Source: Bdellovibrionota bacterium (GTDB lineage Bacteria > Bdellovibrionota_C > UBA2361 > JBGSMV01). Taken from it: DNA of 19,778 nt. The DNA lies in the NCBI GenBank assembly GCA_044356455.1, contig JBIKWF010000082.1, forward strand, positions 1-19,778, in the 5' to 3' direction. Numbering within the stretch: the first letter of the stretch is position 1; each line of letters begins with the position of its first letter. The translations under genes and the position numbers were made by a program. Below are positions 1 to 8,568 of this stretch, in pieces. Under the pieces are notes generated by a model. That model did not search any database. It had not been told where the DNA came from and worked only from the letters and a program-made list of their open reading frames with translations.

Positions 1-199
1 TAGCCCCTATTGCTCATACGCCCTATCAGGTTCCGAACTCCCTACGGTGCTGCAAGTAGTCCTTTACGCGGGGATCTCCGCGAATAGGGGCTCAGCTCGC
101 CTTTTCAGTTCGCATATTTTGGCGCAATCGAGCTGAAGCGTGAAAAGGCGGCTACAGATTGTGTCCAAAATGAAGATTTATGTTCTACGGGACACAATC

Positions 200-1546
200 C
201 TAATCAGTTCTGGAACCTGGATTCTCAATCAAGTACTGCATGCACGCACCGTTAATGAACTCAGCGCGCACATAAATTGAACGGTATTTTCGGCGATACT
301 CAGCGCCTTGCATGGTTCGGTCAATATAGTGAGGACGCGCAGCACCGCCAGGGTCTGGGTTGGCGTTACCTTTGAAATCAAGGTCGCGGATCACCGTGCC
401 TGAGGTTGTTGTGGTCTCAACTTTCCGCACTTTGTCTCTATATATTCCCGGAAGAATTACGACCGCACCAAACTGGGTGTCAGAGGCTGGTTTCCATATG
501 AATCCAGTCTTGAATCCGTCTGTTGGATCTCCGTCGTAGCAGGAATCTCGCGGGGTAGGTAGGTCAGGGTCTTCGCTCGAGGCAAAGGTGTTTACGTTAA
601 CTTCATCGACGGCGATTCCAGAGGGGGAGGATAACGTGGAGGACGCTTTGGTCTGGGGGTTAAACGCCACATACCCGCTACTTGAAGCAAAGGCGAGTTC
701 TTCGCCGGGGTCTGAGAGAAATTCCCCTACGACGACATCCACTGCTTCAGCAACTGAGGTGCGAGCGAGCACTTTCCCTTCTGGGTCTACCACTACTGCG
801 GTAGTTTTTGCTGAGCCCTTGCGCACAAAAAGAAAATTGTCAGACCCATCTTCACGCGCAAGTGGTACTGGACGAGAGAAATTAATGAGCGACCTCGAGA
901 TGCGCGCTTGTACGCGTCTTGTGCCAGCCGCTGGGTCCTTGATGACTACCCGCAGAGAGCCCGAGGCTGGTTTCACTAGTACGGCAAGCCAGTCGTGCGT
1001 ACTACCGGGATTATAGAAAAAGGCGGTATTTAATTTTCTTCCAAAAGAGATTGTCTCTTCACTCCCATTTGAGAATAGGGCGGTGGAAAGATGCCAGATA
1101 AGAGAAGCGCCCGAAGCGGAGGTGTAGGCACCGTCGATCAGTCCATCTCCGTTAAAATCGCCACCAGCAATAAGAGTGTCTGAGGTAGAACCAAAATTCA
1201 CACTTTGAATTCCCGAGTCACTCGGGATGTTCCAGGTAACCGTGGATCCTACCGCACGAAGATACCCAATGAGCGGGACGCCGGCCGTAAGCCAGGGACC
1301 AGGAATCAGATTATCGCCCACGCTTCCCGCCTCTCCTAAAGAGACAGCGGCTGAATCATTCTGGGCATTCCAGAGGAGTGTGCCGTCTGATTCGATGGAC
1401 ACCACGGTGCGGTCGCTTTTTCCATCAGAGTCAAAATCAAGCGGCGCAGAGTGGCTAGCAAGGGGCGTAAAAAACCCTCCTGCGGCGACTATTGTTGAGA
1501 GGCCTAATGATTTGGCGCGGCTAATAAATCTACCTATGGCATTCAT
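200..1546 (-). CDS. Secreted FG-GAP/VCBS-like repeat protein with an uncharacterised C-terminal domain
   Basis: 448-aa ORF with an N-terminal signal-like segment. It has Ca-binding-type motifs DFDSDGKSD, GDFNGDGLID and GEFLSDPGEE, then a Pro/Asp linker and a Cys-bounded C-terminal domain (GFIWKPASDT..GAVVILP..GNANP..RPHY). GGGGAA RBS-like sequence lies upstream. Confidence 0.75.
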   Translation of the reverse strand: MNAIGRFISRAKSLGLSTIVAAGGFFTPLASHSAPLDFDSDGKSDRTVVSIESDGTLLWNAQNDSAAVSLGEAGSVGDNLIPGPWLTAGVPLIGYLRAVGSTVTWNIPSDSGIQSVNFGSTSDTLIAGGDFNGDGLIDGAYTSASGASLIWHLSTALFSNGSEETISFGRKLNTAFFYNPGSTHDWLAVLVKPASGSLRVVIKDPAAGTRRVQARISRSLINFSRPVPLAREDGSDNFLFVRKGSAKTTAVVVDPEGKVLARTSVAEAVDVVVGEFLSDPGEELAFASSSGYVAFNPQTKASSTLSSPSGIAVDEVNVNTFASSEDPDLPTPRDSCYDGDPTDGFKTGFIWKPASDTQFGAVVILPGIYRDKVRKVETTTTSGTVIRDLDFKGNANPDPGGAARPHYIDRTMQGAEYRRKYRSIYVRAEFINGACMQYLIENPGSRTD

Positions 1547-1588
1547 AGCTCACGTTCCCCAAAAAGGTATGGAACCCCTAAACTTTAT

Positions 1589-1877
1589 ATCTCACGGGAT
1601 CCCTTCGGGTCCGTGAGATTACCGTTGAAAATCGGCCATCCGGGCCGATTTTCAACATAGCCCCCTCTCCGTTCGCCACGACAGAGTGTCGAACTGCGAG
1701 GGGGCTCCAAATCGCTCCCGATGGTCGCGATTTGCTAACGCCATCCCGTCTCCGCGCTGATCGCGCTACGCCGCGGCTCGCAGACGAGGCGCGCCGTAGC
1801 CGATAGGCGAAGGCGGCCGGGCGTTAGTTAGCCGGCATTGCTCACAGTCCGTTGGGGCCGTGAGCAATGCCGGCTAA
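1589..1877. repeat. Array of six adjacent hairpins (structured repeat element)
   Basis: Stems: 1589-1597/1611-1619, 1624-1637/1643-1656 (14 bp perfect), 1659-1667/1698-1706, 1708-1715/1727-1734, 1735-1742/1820-1827 and 1828-1845/1860-1877 (18 bp perfect). A deleted copy lies at 10740-10853. Confidence 0.85.
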
Positions 1878-1895
1878 AAGATAAGGAACTAGGTA

Positions 1896-1911
1896 AGCAA
1901 TTTGCATACCG
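1896..1911 (-). promoter_or_regulatory. Putative sigma-54 promoter for the 200-1546 gene
   Basis: The minus strand reads CGGTATGCAAATTGCT, which is GG-N10-GC with a TTGCT -12 box. It is intergenic and points toward the 1546 start. Confidence 0.5.
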
Positions 1912-1994
1912 CTCGGAGCAGCTGAACAGAAGATAACGTTTTCAGCCTATTATAGATCGCAAAAGGCAGAGTAGGGAAGGAATTTGCCCAGTGG

Positions 1995-3020
1995 CTACTT
2001 TGCCCGCTCACTTAGATGCACATAAAGATCGGATACAGGAAAGGCCGGGTCCAGGGTGCGCATGCCGTAGCTTGTCTCGGCCGGCGAAGCTTCGGCAAAT
2101 TGGTACTGATAAATGCGCTCAAGCCGAGCAACTTTTTCTTGAAGAAAGGGCCACACTTGCTCGCCGTAAGCGAGTTGAGAGTTGACCCCTTGAGCTCCTG
2201 ACTCAGTAACCCACACGCCGACGGAGAGCTCGTTTAAGAAATCTTCGACTCCTCCGCTTCTCGTAACGTTCTCAAACTGCTTGCCGTAAAAATGCACCGC
2301 CCACTTATCAAGAAAATTCTGCGCGCCTGCGTCGCGCATAGCGCGGTTGTAATCTATGGTTTCGGAAAAATTTTGATTAATCGCTGTGGTTCCACCATTG
2401 AGCACGAGCTTCGAGGGGCTCGCGGATTTAATGGCATTGTGAGCGAAGGCGAGAAGCTCAACGTATGCCACGGGATCGGTGGTCACTTGTAGGATAGTAT
2501 TTTCACCGAAGGAGGGGTTATTCGGCTCGTTCCAGACTTCATATCCTACTATCTTGGAATTGCCGGCGTAACGCTCTGCGATAGGAGCAACAAACTCCTC
2601 AACAAAGGTGCGGCGTGGATTGCCGCCTGACCAGTTGGCGCTATTTGCCATCCAGCCGGGAGCTCCTGTGAGAACTACAAGCGCATCAACCCCCGCTGGT
2701 ATGCTTGCCGCTACTTCATCGTAGAATCCAAGATTGAGGGGAGAGCTAGGAGTAGGCTGTACGGCATCTGTCCACGCAAACAGAACTCGAACGTGATTGA
2801 GCCCCAATTCGTCACGGACCTCGCGTAGCTGGGCTGCGGTTGAGCCGAATCGCAGATCAGATGCAAAGGCGTTTGTTCCGAGGATGCTTACGTCGATGGT
2901 TTTCCGCGGCACATCGACTGACTCTAAGGCGTCTTTGGCAGCGGAGCAGGCGGAGAGAAAGAGGCCGGCGCTGAGGAGTAGGGACGTAACGCGTATGGTG
3001 AAGGAGCGGGATAGTGACAT
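1995..3020 (-). CDS. Clan GH-A glycoside hydrolase (GH5/GH39-like) lipoprotein
   Basis: Motifs HVRVLFAW, YEVWNEPN (acid/base Glu), HFY and VWVTESG (nucleophile Glu), with lipobox FLSAC after a hydrophobic stretch. Start reassigned to the ATG at 3020 because the upstream extension crosses a REP. Confidence 0.85.
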   Translation of the reverse strand: MSLSRSFTIRVTSLLLSAGLFLSACSAAKDALESVDVPRKTIDVSILGTNAFASDLRFGSTAAQLREVRDELGLNHVRVLFAWTDAVQPTPSSPLNLGFYDEVAASIPAGVDALVVLTGAPGWMANSANWSGGNPRRTFVEEFVAPIAERYAGNSKIVGYEVWNEPNNPSFGENTILQVTTDPVAYVELLAFAHNAIKSASPSKLVLNGGTTAINQNFSETIDYNRAMRDAGAQNFLDKWAVHFYGKQFENVTRSGGVEDFLNELSVGVWVTESGAQGVNSQLAYGEQVWPFLQEKVARLERIYQYQFAEASPAETSYGMRTLDPAFPVSDLYVHLSERAK

Positions 3021-3136
3021 AGAAGAGTATCTCCAGGGTGAGGCGCTTACCAAGGAAGAGTAGCGAGTGACGGGTCTTGGGGGAAGCGGTGATCTGGGTG
3101 GCAGAGGCTGCTCCCTATCGGCGTAATAATTGGTCT

Positions 3137-3164
3137 GGTAGGGCGCCCTGTCCCTAGGGCGCCG
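3137..3164 (+). repeat. GTAG-type REP element (single)
   Basis: GGTAG-GGCGCCCTG-TCCC-TAGGGCGCC-G. Confidence 0.85.
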
Positions 3165-3276
3165 TGCTCGAAATGCCTCGGTCACTTGGTCCCGGCATGA
3201 AAACCTTTCCAAGCGCAGCGACTGCTATTAGAAATTTTAGCGGGTGCAAAAGAACTCTACCTGGGTTGAAATCTCT

Positions 3277-4305
3277 CTACTCCTTGTCCGCATAGGGCTT
3301 CTCTTTGATGATCTGAGTTCGTCCCTCAAAGCGCTTTCGAATCTTAAGCTCGTCGGGGATCCAAGAGTTTTGAGCAAGCCATTGGTAAATGCGCTCTCCT
3401 GCCATGCGATGGGCGATTTCATTGGGATGCCTATCTCCGCCGGGAATCACTTGGAGACGCTCAAGAGGAATGCCTTCATAGAGGCTATAAAGATCTAAAT
3501 TCGGAATTCCCTTGCCTTGCAGGAACTCTCCCACTTGTTGGTGGATGGGCGTAAACGGGTACTCGGAATCCAGCGGAAGCCCGAAGAGTGGGAATACCAC
3601 GGCCAGCAAGGGAACATTCGCCGCCTTTGCTTTGTTCGCAATCTCTTCAACCGAGGACTCAAAAGACGCCCGAGATTTCGGATTCTCAAAGAGATCAAGG
3701 AAGTATTTGGTATATTCGTCGCGCGTCTTGTTGTTATGGAGGCGTTCAACGACAAACTTCAGTGTATGCCAGTAGTGAAAGAGCCACTTTTGGCGCTCGG
3801 TCATCTGCAAAGCACCAAAACGATTGAAGTCGCGGATTCCGGTAGGACGGTAGGGTTTTAGCTCAGGATCGTTGAGCGTAATTTGAAGAATAATGGCATC
3901 GGCGCCCATCTTGAGCGCATGATCCACTTCCTCAATTTCATGGGACGTGGAATAGCCAGGCACTCCAAAATTAACTACTTCGCCCTTACGACTTGTCGCA
4001 TTTAAATTAAGCATGCGCTCAAGCACCTTAGGAAAGGCGTCGGTAAATTGCATGTAGGGAGCAAATGAGTAGGAGTCTCCCACGACGGCAATTCTAAAGG
4101 TGCCGGGGGCCTTTTCCTGTGGGTAGGGGTAGTCTTTGAGGGTTGGGCTGTTTTCGTGCTGAAAATAGAAGGGGGGCCTGTCGCTCCACTGCTTGGTAGT
4201 GGAACCTTTCGATTCCAAGAACCTTACCGTGGCTTCGACGCCGAGGAGCCCAATCGCAAGGCCGAGGAGGCTAACAAGAATTCCACCTAAGAGCTGCCTA
4301 ACCAT
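3277..4305 (-). CDS. Membrane-anchored SGNH/GDSL hydrolase-family protein
   Basis: N-terminal TM helix (LLGLAIGLLGVE), block I VVGDSYS, block II NFGVPGYS, block III TLND and block V DRHPN. Probable start is the ATG at 4305 (ORF track starts at 4356). Confidence 0.88.
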   Translation of the reverse strand: MVRQLLGGILVSLLGLAIGLLGVEATVRFLESKGSTTKQWSDRPPFYFQHENSPTLKDYPYPQEKAPGTFRIAVVGDSYSFAPYMQFTDAFPKVLERMLNLNATSRKGEVVNFGVPGYSTSHEIEEVDHALKMGADAIILQITLNDPELKPYRPTGIRDFNRFGALQMTERQKWLFHYWHTLKFVVERLHNNKTRDEYTKYFLDLFENPKSRASFESSVEEIANKAKAANVPLLAVVFPLFGLPLDSEYPFTPIHQQVGEFLQGKGIPNLDLYSLYEGIPLERLQVIPGGDRHPNEIAHRMAGERIYQWLAQNSWIPDELKIRKRFEGRTQIIKEKPYADKE

Positions 4306-4595
4306 CTGAAAATACCAAATAAAGAGCAACCATTCGGTAAACCACACAGGTTGCACGTAGGCCGCATCACAACAGAGCTCTGGTCAGGAGGCAAGCGGAC
4401 GAGTCGGTGCTCGCGTACCGCAAGATGTTGTTTTCCCACGTCCCTATCGCCTTCTTAATAGCCTTCGCGGGTTCCCTTAGGTTCCAGCGGTTCTCAGATG
4501 GCCGCGCCCTACCTCAGGTTTTGCTTTGAAGATAGACGCGATGCGTCCCTAAATATCTGGACAGTAGAGCTACAAAAACGTAAGGGAAACTCTGT

Positions 4596-5621
4596 ATGCA
4601 GTCGACCTCCGCAGCCACGGTAATCCCCGAATCGCTTTCCGCCGCATCCCGCGCCTTACTTGGAGAGTGTATATACGGCAAGGAGCATGCGCTTTCCTTC
4701 CTCGAGAAACCTATCGTTGATGGGGAAAAGATCTCGCGACACGACGAGGACTTAGTCCTACACTTCGCTTTTAAAGAGCTGGTAGCCCAAACTTTGAGTG
4801 CGAAGCCTGAAGAAGATCAGCTAATGGAGGAAAATCGCCTCGTTCAGTGGGAAAGTGCTCTGGGTGTGGTACTTCACAAAGTTCATGGGGACGTCAAAAA
4901 AGCGGCTTCTTATGCGCCTCTTCTTAAGGCCTTTGAGGGACAAGTAAAAACTCCGGAAGATATCAAAGTTCTCGAAAAGGCGCTCGTTGATGTAGCGGGT
5001 GGGAGGGCTTTGGAGCGCTCCTTGGTCCGTGGACTCCTCAATCAAGTTGAAGGGAGATGCGTCGCTGCGTCAGCTGAGGATCTTACCGAGGAGGCACTTG
5101 GCTCTTCTGCACGTACCGGTTTCAAAGAGTTCGGCCGAATACTCGCCTCTCGAATTCAAGTAGACAGAGAAAGCGGCAAGCTTTTTTTGCTTGGTGAGCT
5201 TGGCAGCGGATGCGGTTTTGGCGGCTGTGATAGAAATGCAATCTTACATTTTGCAGTGCTCGAGCTGGCGCAGCGCACACTGAGCAGTGTCGTGGTAGAG
5301 GGGCCATCAGGCGAGGGAAAAGAAAGCCCCTCGCGAGCATCCCTCGGAAAGTGTGCGAAGTGGTGGGACTCCTTGTGCGGTCTCTTGCGAGAGACGTGGA
5401 AGGGCCCTAAGGGAACTTTCGAAGCGGGACTTGGAGCGGTGTGTGAAGCCTTGCGTAGAGCGAGTGTTAACGATGCACATCGAGAGACCTTCTCTCGCGT
5501 CTTTAAGAAAGTCGTGCCTCATGAGCATCAGCTCCTTCTCTCCTACATGTTAACTCAGGCATCGCGTGATTCGCGGGGCGCGGAGACTCTAAATGCCCAA
5601 GGCAACTTAGGGAGCCTCTGA
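4596..5621 (+). CDS. Hypothetical protein (orphan, predicted helical)
   Basis: 341-aa ORF with AAGGGA upstream of the ATG and no recognisable motif. The last codons and stop come from the repeat at 5607. Confidence 0.65.
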   Translation: MQSTSAATVIPESLSAASRALLGECIYGKEHALSFLEKPIVDGEKISRHDEDLVLHFAFKELVAQTLSAKPEEDQLMEENRLVQWESALGVVLHKVHGDVKKAASYAPLLKAFEGQVKTPEDIKVLEKALVDVAGGRALERSLVRGLLNQVEGRCVAASAEDLTEEALGSSARTGFKEFGRILASRIQVDRESGKLFLLGELGSGCGFGGCDRNAILHFAVLELAQRTLSSVVVEGPSGEGKESPSRASLGKCAKWWDSLCGLLRETWKGPKGTFEAGLGAVCEALRRASVNDAHRETFSRVFKKVVPHEHQLLLSYMLTQASRDSRGAETLNAQGNLGSL

Positions 5622-5743
5622 AAAAGTCTGCTCTGTGAACTCTGTGCTCTCTGTGGTTGATTTAAATTGTTGCAGAACCACAGAGGACACCGAGATCACA
5701 GAGAGAAAAAATAGAATATCACGGTTTCTCAGAGGTTCCCTAG
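5607..5743. mobile_element. MITE-like palindromic element (family B)
   Basis: TTAG-GGAGCCTCTGAAAAA ... TTTCTCAGAGGTTCC-CTAG terminal inverted repeats, with an internal CTCTGTG..CTCTCTGTGGTT / AACCACAGAG..CACAGAG palindrome. Confidence 0.8.
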
Positions 5744-5812
5744 ACTAGAGCCCTGAGCTCGACACTTATTCCGAGTTCCACATCGGAGTCTTCCGCAGTA
5801 AAGTGCTGGCCT

Positions 5813-6970
5813 ATGTTTGATAAATCTATAGGTCAATTCCCAATAAAATCCAGCACCATTTTTCTAAACAGCTGTGGAGTAGCGCCGCTTTTTACCCCCG
5901 CAGCGGAGCGCTGCAATGAAATCGTTTCCGCTCAGCGCGAAACCGCGCTTGGTATGTGGCAGCGGTTCGGGAGCGACTGCGAAAGATTTCGGGACGCTTT
6001 TGCGCGCCTGCTTTCGGCGCCAGCTTCCGATGTCGCTTTTGTGCAGAACACCTCAGAAGGCATCAACCATATTGCAAATGGCTTTCCCTTTGAGGCAGGT
6101 GACGAAGTCATCAGCTACATTCATGAGTATCCATCGAATCATTATCCTTGGCGGCTGCAAGAGCGCCGAGGGGTGGTGCTGAAACTGCTGCCTGATGTAG
6201 CGCTTTCCTCCGGTCTGCCCCCAGGGAGGCCGCGTGCATGGGCCATGGAGGATTTGAAAAAACTGGTTACCTCGCGCACGAAGATGGTGGCGCTTTCGCA
6301 TGTGCAGTTCACGAGTGGCTTCGCAGCTCCTCTTGAAGAGCTTGGAGACTTTTGCGCGGAGCGCGGCATTTGGTTAGTGATCGATGCCGCTCAGAGTCTT
6401 GGGGTGCTTCAGATAGAGGTGCAGCGCTACAAGATTTCGGCGCTAGCTTCCTCGGGCTGGAAGTGGATGCTTGGGCCAGCAGGAACAGGCGTTTTGTATA
6501 CGAGCGCTGCTTTGCGTAAGAAACTTGCCATCACACAGGCCGGTCCCTATCTCATGACGCAAGGAGAAGATTATCTTAATCATGCCTGGCAACCGCATGA
6601 GGATGCGCGCAGGTTTGAATATAGTACGCCGCCCTTGCCGCTTGTGGGCGCGCTTGCATCTTGTGCAGAGTGGATTGGGGGGAAGTATGGTGCTGCAGCG
6701 GTTGCTGCTGAGGCGCGTGGCTTTCGCCGCCAGCTTCGTGAAGAGCTTAAGAGCTCAAGTTTAGTCCCCGCCGATTTTGGTGAGGAATTCGAGTCAGGGA
6801 TTATGTCGTATATGACTGCGAAGGATCCTGTGCTTGTGAGGAAGGAGCTCATTGCAAGTGGTGTTACGTGTTCATCGCGCGGAGGGTATTTGCGGTTTGC
6901 TCCGCATTTTTTCACTACTGCGGATGAGATAGAGCGAGCAGCGTTTATTATTAAGAGAATAGTAGGATAG
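5813..6970 (+). CDS. Aminotransferase class V-fold PLP-dependent enzyme
   Basis: Motifs FLNSCGVAP, FVQNTSEGI, EYPSNHYPW, LSHVQFTSG, IDAAQSLG, SSGWKWMLGPAGTG (PLP Lys) and LRFAPHFFT. It lacks the SufS RxGHHCA and IscS SGSAC catalytic-Cys motifs. Confidence 0.92.
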   Translation: MFDKSIGQFPIKSSTIFLNSCGVAPLFTPAAERCNEIVSAQRETALGMWQRFGSDCERFRDAFARLLSAPASDVAFVQNTSEGINHIANGFPFEAGDEVISYIHEYPSNHYPWRLQERRGVVLKLLPDVALSSGLPPGRPRAWAMEDLKKLVTSRTKMVALSHVQFTSGFAAPLEELGDFCAERGIWLVIDAAQSLGVLQIEVQRYKISALASSGWKWMLGPAGTGVLYTSAALRKKLAITQAGPYLMTQGEDYLNHAWQPHEDARRFEYSTPPLPLVGALASCAEWIGGKYGAAAVAAEARGFRRQLREELKSSSLVPADFGEEFESGIMSYMTAKDPVLVRKELIASGVTCSSRGGYLRFAPHFFTTADEIERAAFIIKRIVG

Positions 6971-7008
6971 GAAGCTGCGTTACGCCCTTGCCGCTAGGCG
7001 GCTGAGAG

Positions 7009-7146
7009 CTAGGGAGCCTCTGAAAAACTCACCTCTGTGTACCTCTGATTCCTCTGAGGTGAAATTTTCATGAAGAAATTCACCACAGAGGGCACTGAGG
7101 TACACAGAGGTGTCTTAAGAATGAAGATTCTTCAGAGGCTCCCTAG
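7009..7146. mobile_element. MITE-like palindromic element (family B)
   Basis: CTAG-GGAGCCTCTGAAAAA ... TTCTTCAGAGGCTCC-CTAG, with a long internal palindrome ACCTCTGTGTACCTC...GAGGTACACAGAGGT. Confidence 0.85.
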
Positions 7147-7185
7147 GCCCCGCGGATACGAATCCAATGGTGAGGGGTATCCATG

Positions 7186-7645
7186 ACTAGTTGCCATTAA
7201 CAATCAGCGAAGTGTGCAAATGCTTGCTGCGTGCTGGCACGAGAGATCTTGCGGCACTCCGAGGACGGCGCGCCCTACCTAGTGGTTGAACATCTGGGTT
7301 GGGGCGCTGCGTTTCACCTTTTCCGTTCGGCAGAGGGCGAGACAAGCGTTGAGGCGCCGAATCGGAATCTGCGGGAGATCGATGAGCAGTTACCATTCCG
7401 TTTTCGGAGATGTGTGCAAATATGTGCTGAGTGCTGGCACGAGCGATCATGCGGCACCGCGCGGACGCGGCGCCCAACCTTTCAATGCTACGCGACTGGG
7501 TAGGGCGCGCCGTCCCCGGCGAGCCGCAAGATCTATCGGCTCGGCAGGTTGATGTAGTTAGCCTAAGAACTTAATAATCGAAAATATTCAAATCTAAAGG
7601 GTAGTTTGTATTTTTTTCGGCACGCCGGGGACGGCGCGCCCTACC
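7186..7645. repeat. BIME/REPIN-like cluster of five alternating GTAG REPs with a 200-bp direct repeat
   Basis: REPs at 7252-7279(-), 7297-7359(+, degenerate, insertion in loop), 7452-7479(-), 7499-7526(+) and 7618-7645(-). 7212-7280 is repeated at 7412-7480. Confidence 0.85.
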
Positions 7646-8025
7646 GGATCCCAATGGCGAAATGGGGATCGATTGCGAAAGCGGAGGAGAGCGAGTGCGG
7701 CAGTGCTTTCCTTGGGAGGCCCACGTGGGAGGATTGACGTGACAACCCTGGGCCAACCTCAACGAGTGGTGAGACGAATTTCCGCATGACGCCTTGAAGC
7801 TTTAGCCTTTAGGGGGCTTTGCAACTAGGGGCCAGGCAGAATCCACTCGTGTAACCACTGTATGTTCGCACTCCTTTAGGACGAACGCTTCTTGTAAGCG
7901 TTTTTCGTCTTCTCTCCCCCGCTGCTGAGCTCAATCACGCAGAACCCACAGCCTGCCACTTAAACGCGAACTGCCGAAGCAGCTTTTGTCTAAGGGCAGG
8001 CCGTGGGCTGCGCACTCACACTCCG

Positions 8026-8568
8026 CTAGCGCCGCCGTCGGGCGACGAGCAGACCGGCAAATCCGAGGAGGGCCGTGGCGCCGGGTCCGGGCACGGTGAT
8101 CGCCACCGTGCCCATTTCCGGGTTGTTAGGGCAGTTCGTGCCCTGCCAGTCCCACTGGGGCCCGCTTCCCTGGCCCGATCTCAAGAACACCGTCGTTCCG
8201 GGGCCCGCCGCGCTGAGGTTGACCGTGAGGGTCCCCAGCAAGGTGCTCGTGGTGCCAAGCGCCACGGGCGACGAGAAGAATCGTGAGTAGGTGACGGGAC
8301 CAACGGTCCCGCCAAGGCTGGGCTCGAAGGTCCAGCTGTAGTTGCTCACCAGACCGGTATCTCCGCTGGTGATGAAGTTGAACCCGACGTACGACAGGTC
8401 TGCTGTCGTCGTGCCACCCGTGAGGGTTACGGTGAACGGGATGTTCACCGTAGCCCCAAGGCTGCTGTTGTAGCTACCCTGGGACGGGCCGAAAAAGATC
8501 CCGGCGTTAGCGACCGGGACCACGATGCTGGACAGGGCGAGCCCTGCCAAAACTGCGCTGATCTTCAT
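8026..8568 (-). CDS. Secreted protein with a PEP-CTERM-like (VPGPG) sorting signal
   Basis: RBS GAAGGAG before the ATG at 8568 and signal peptide MKISAVLAGLALSSIVVPVANA. The C-terminus VPGPGATALLGFAGLLVARRRR is motif, TM segment and Arg cluster. Confidence 0.85.
   Translation of the reverse strand: MKISAVLAGLALSSIVVPVANAGIFFGPSQGSYNSSLGATVNIPFTVTLTGGTTTADLSYVGFNFITSGDTGLVSNYSWTFEPSLGGTVGPVTYSRFFSSPVALGTTSTLLGTLTVNLSAAGPGTTVFLRSGQGSGPQWDWQGTNCPNNPEMGTVAITVPGPGATALLGFAGLLVARRRR

Noticed and set aside
2..150. Hairpins 2-11/83-92 and 98-107/141-150 as an ncRNA or terminator
   Set aside because: They are truncated by the window edge, have no clear U tail and show no recognisable family. They may be further repeats.
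588..1616. Plus-strand ORFs 588-1016 and 1227-1616, and similar antisense ORFs elsewhere
   Set aside because: They overlap longer motif-bearing genes on the opposite strand.
3021..3212. N-terminal extension of the glycoside hydrolase
   Set aside because: It crosses a REP and would bury the lipoprotein signal.
4470..4513. Additional REP/MITE copy
   Set aside because: Only a half-site (GCCGCGCCCTACC) and a short TIR-like fragment are present, too decayed to call.
5813..6970. Calling the enzyme sufS or iscS
   Set aside because: The catalytic Cys-loop motifs are absent and there are no Fe-S cluster genes nearby.
7235..7252. TGGCAC...TTGC as a sigma-54 promoter
   Set aside because: The spacing is 3 nt too long and it lies inside a repeat.
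7186..7645. CRISPR array
   Set aside because: Repeats alternate in orientation, differ in sequence and have irregular spacing, and no cas genes are present. This fits REP/BIME organisation.
7187..7762. Short ORFs containing GRARRPRR motifs
   Set aside because: These are translations of REP palindromes with no RBS or protein-like features.
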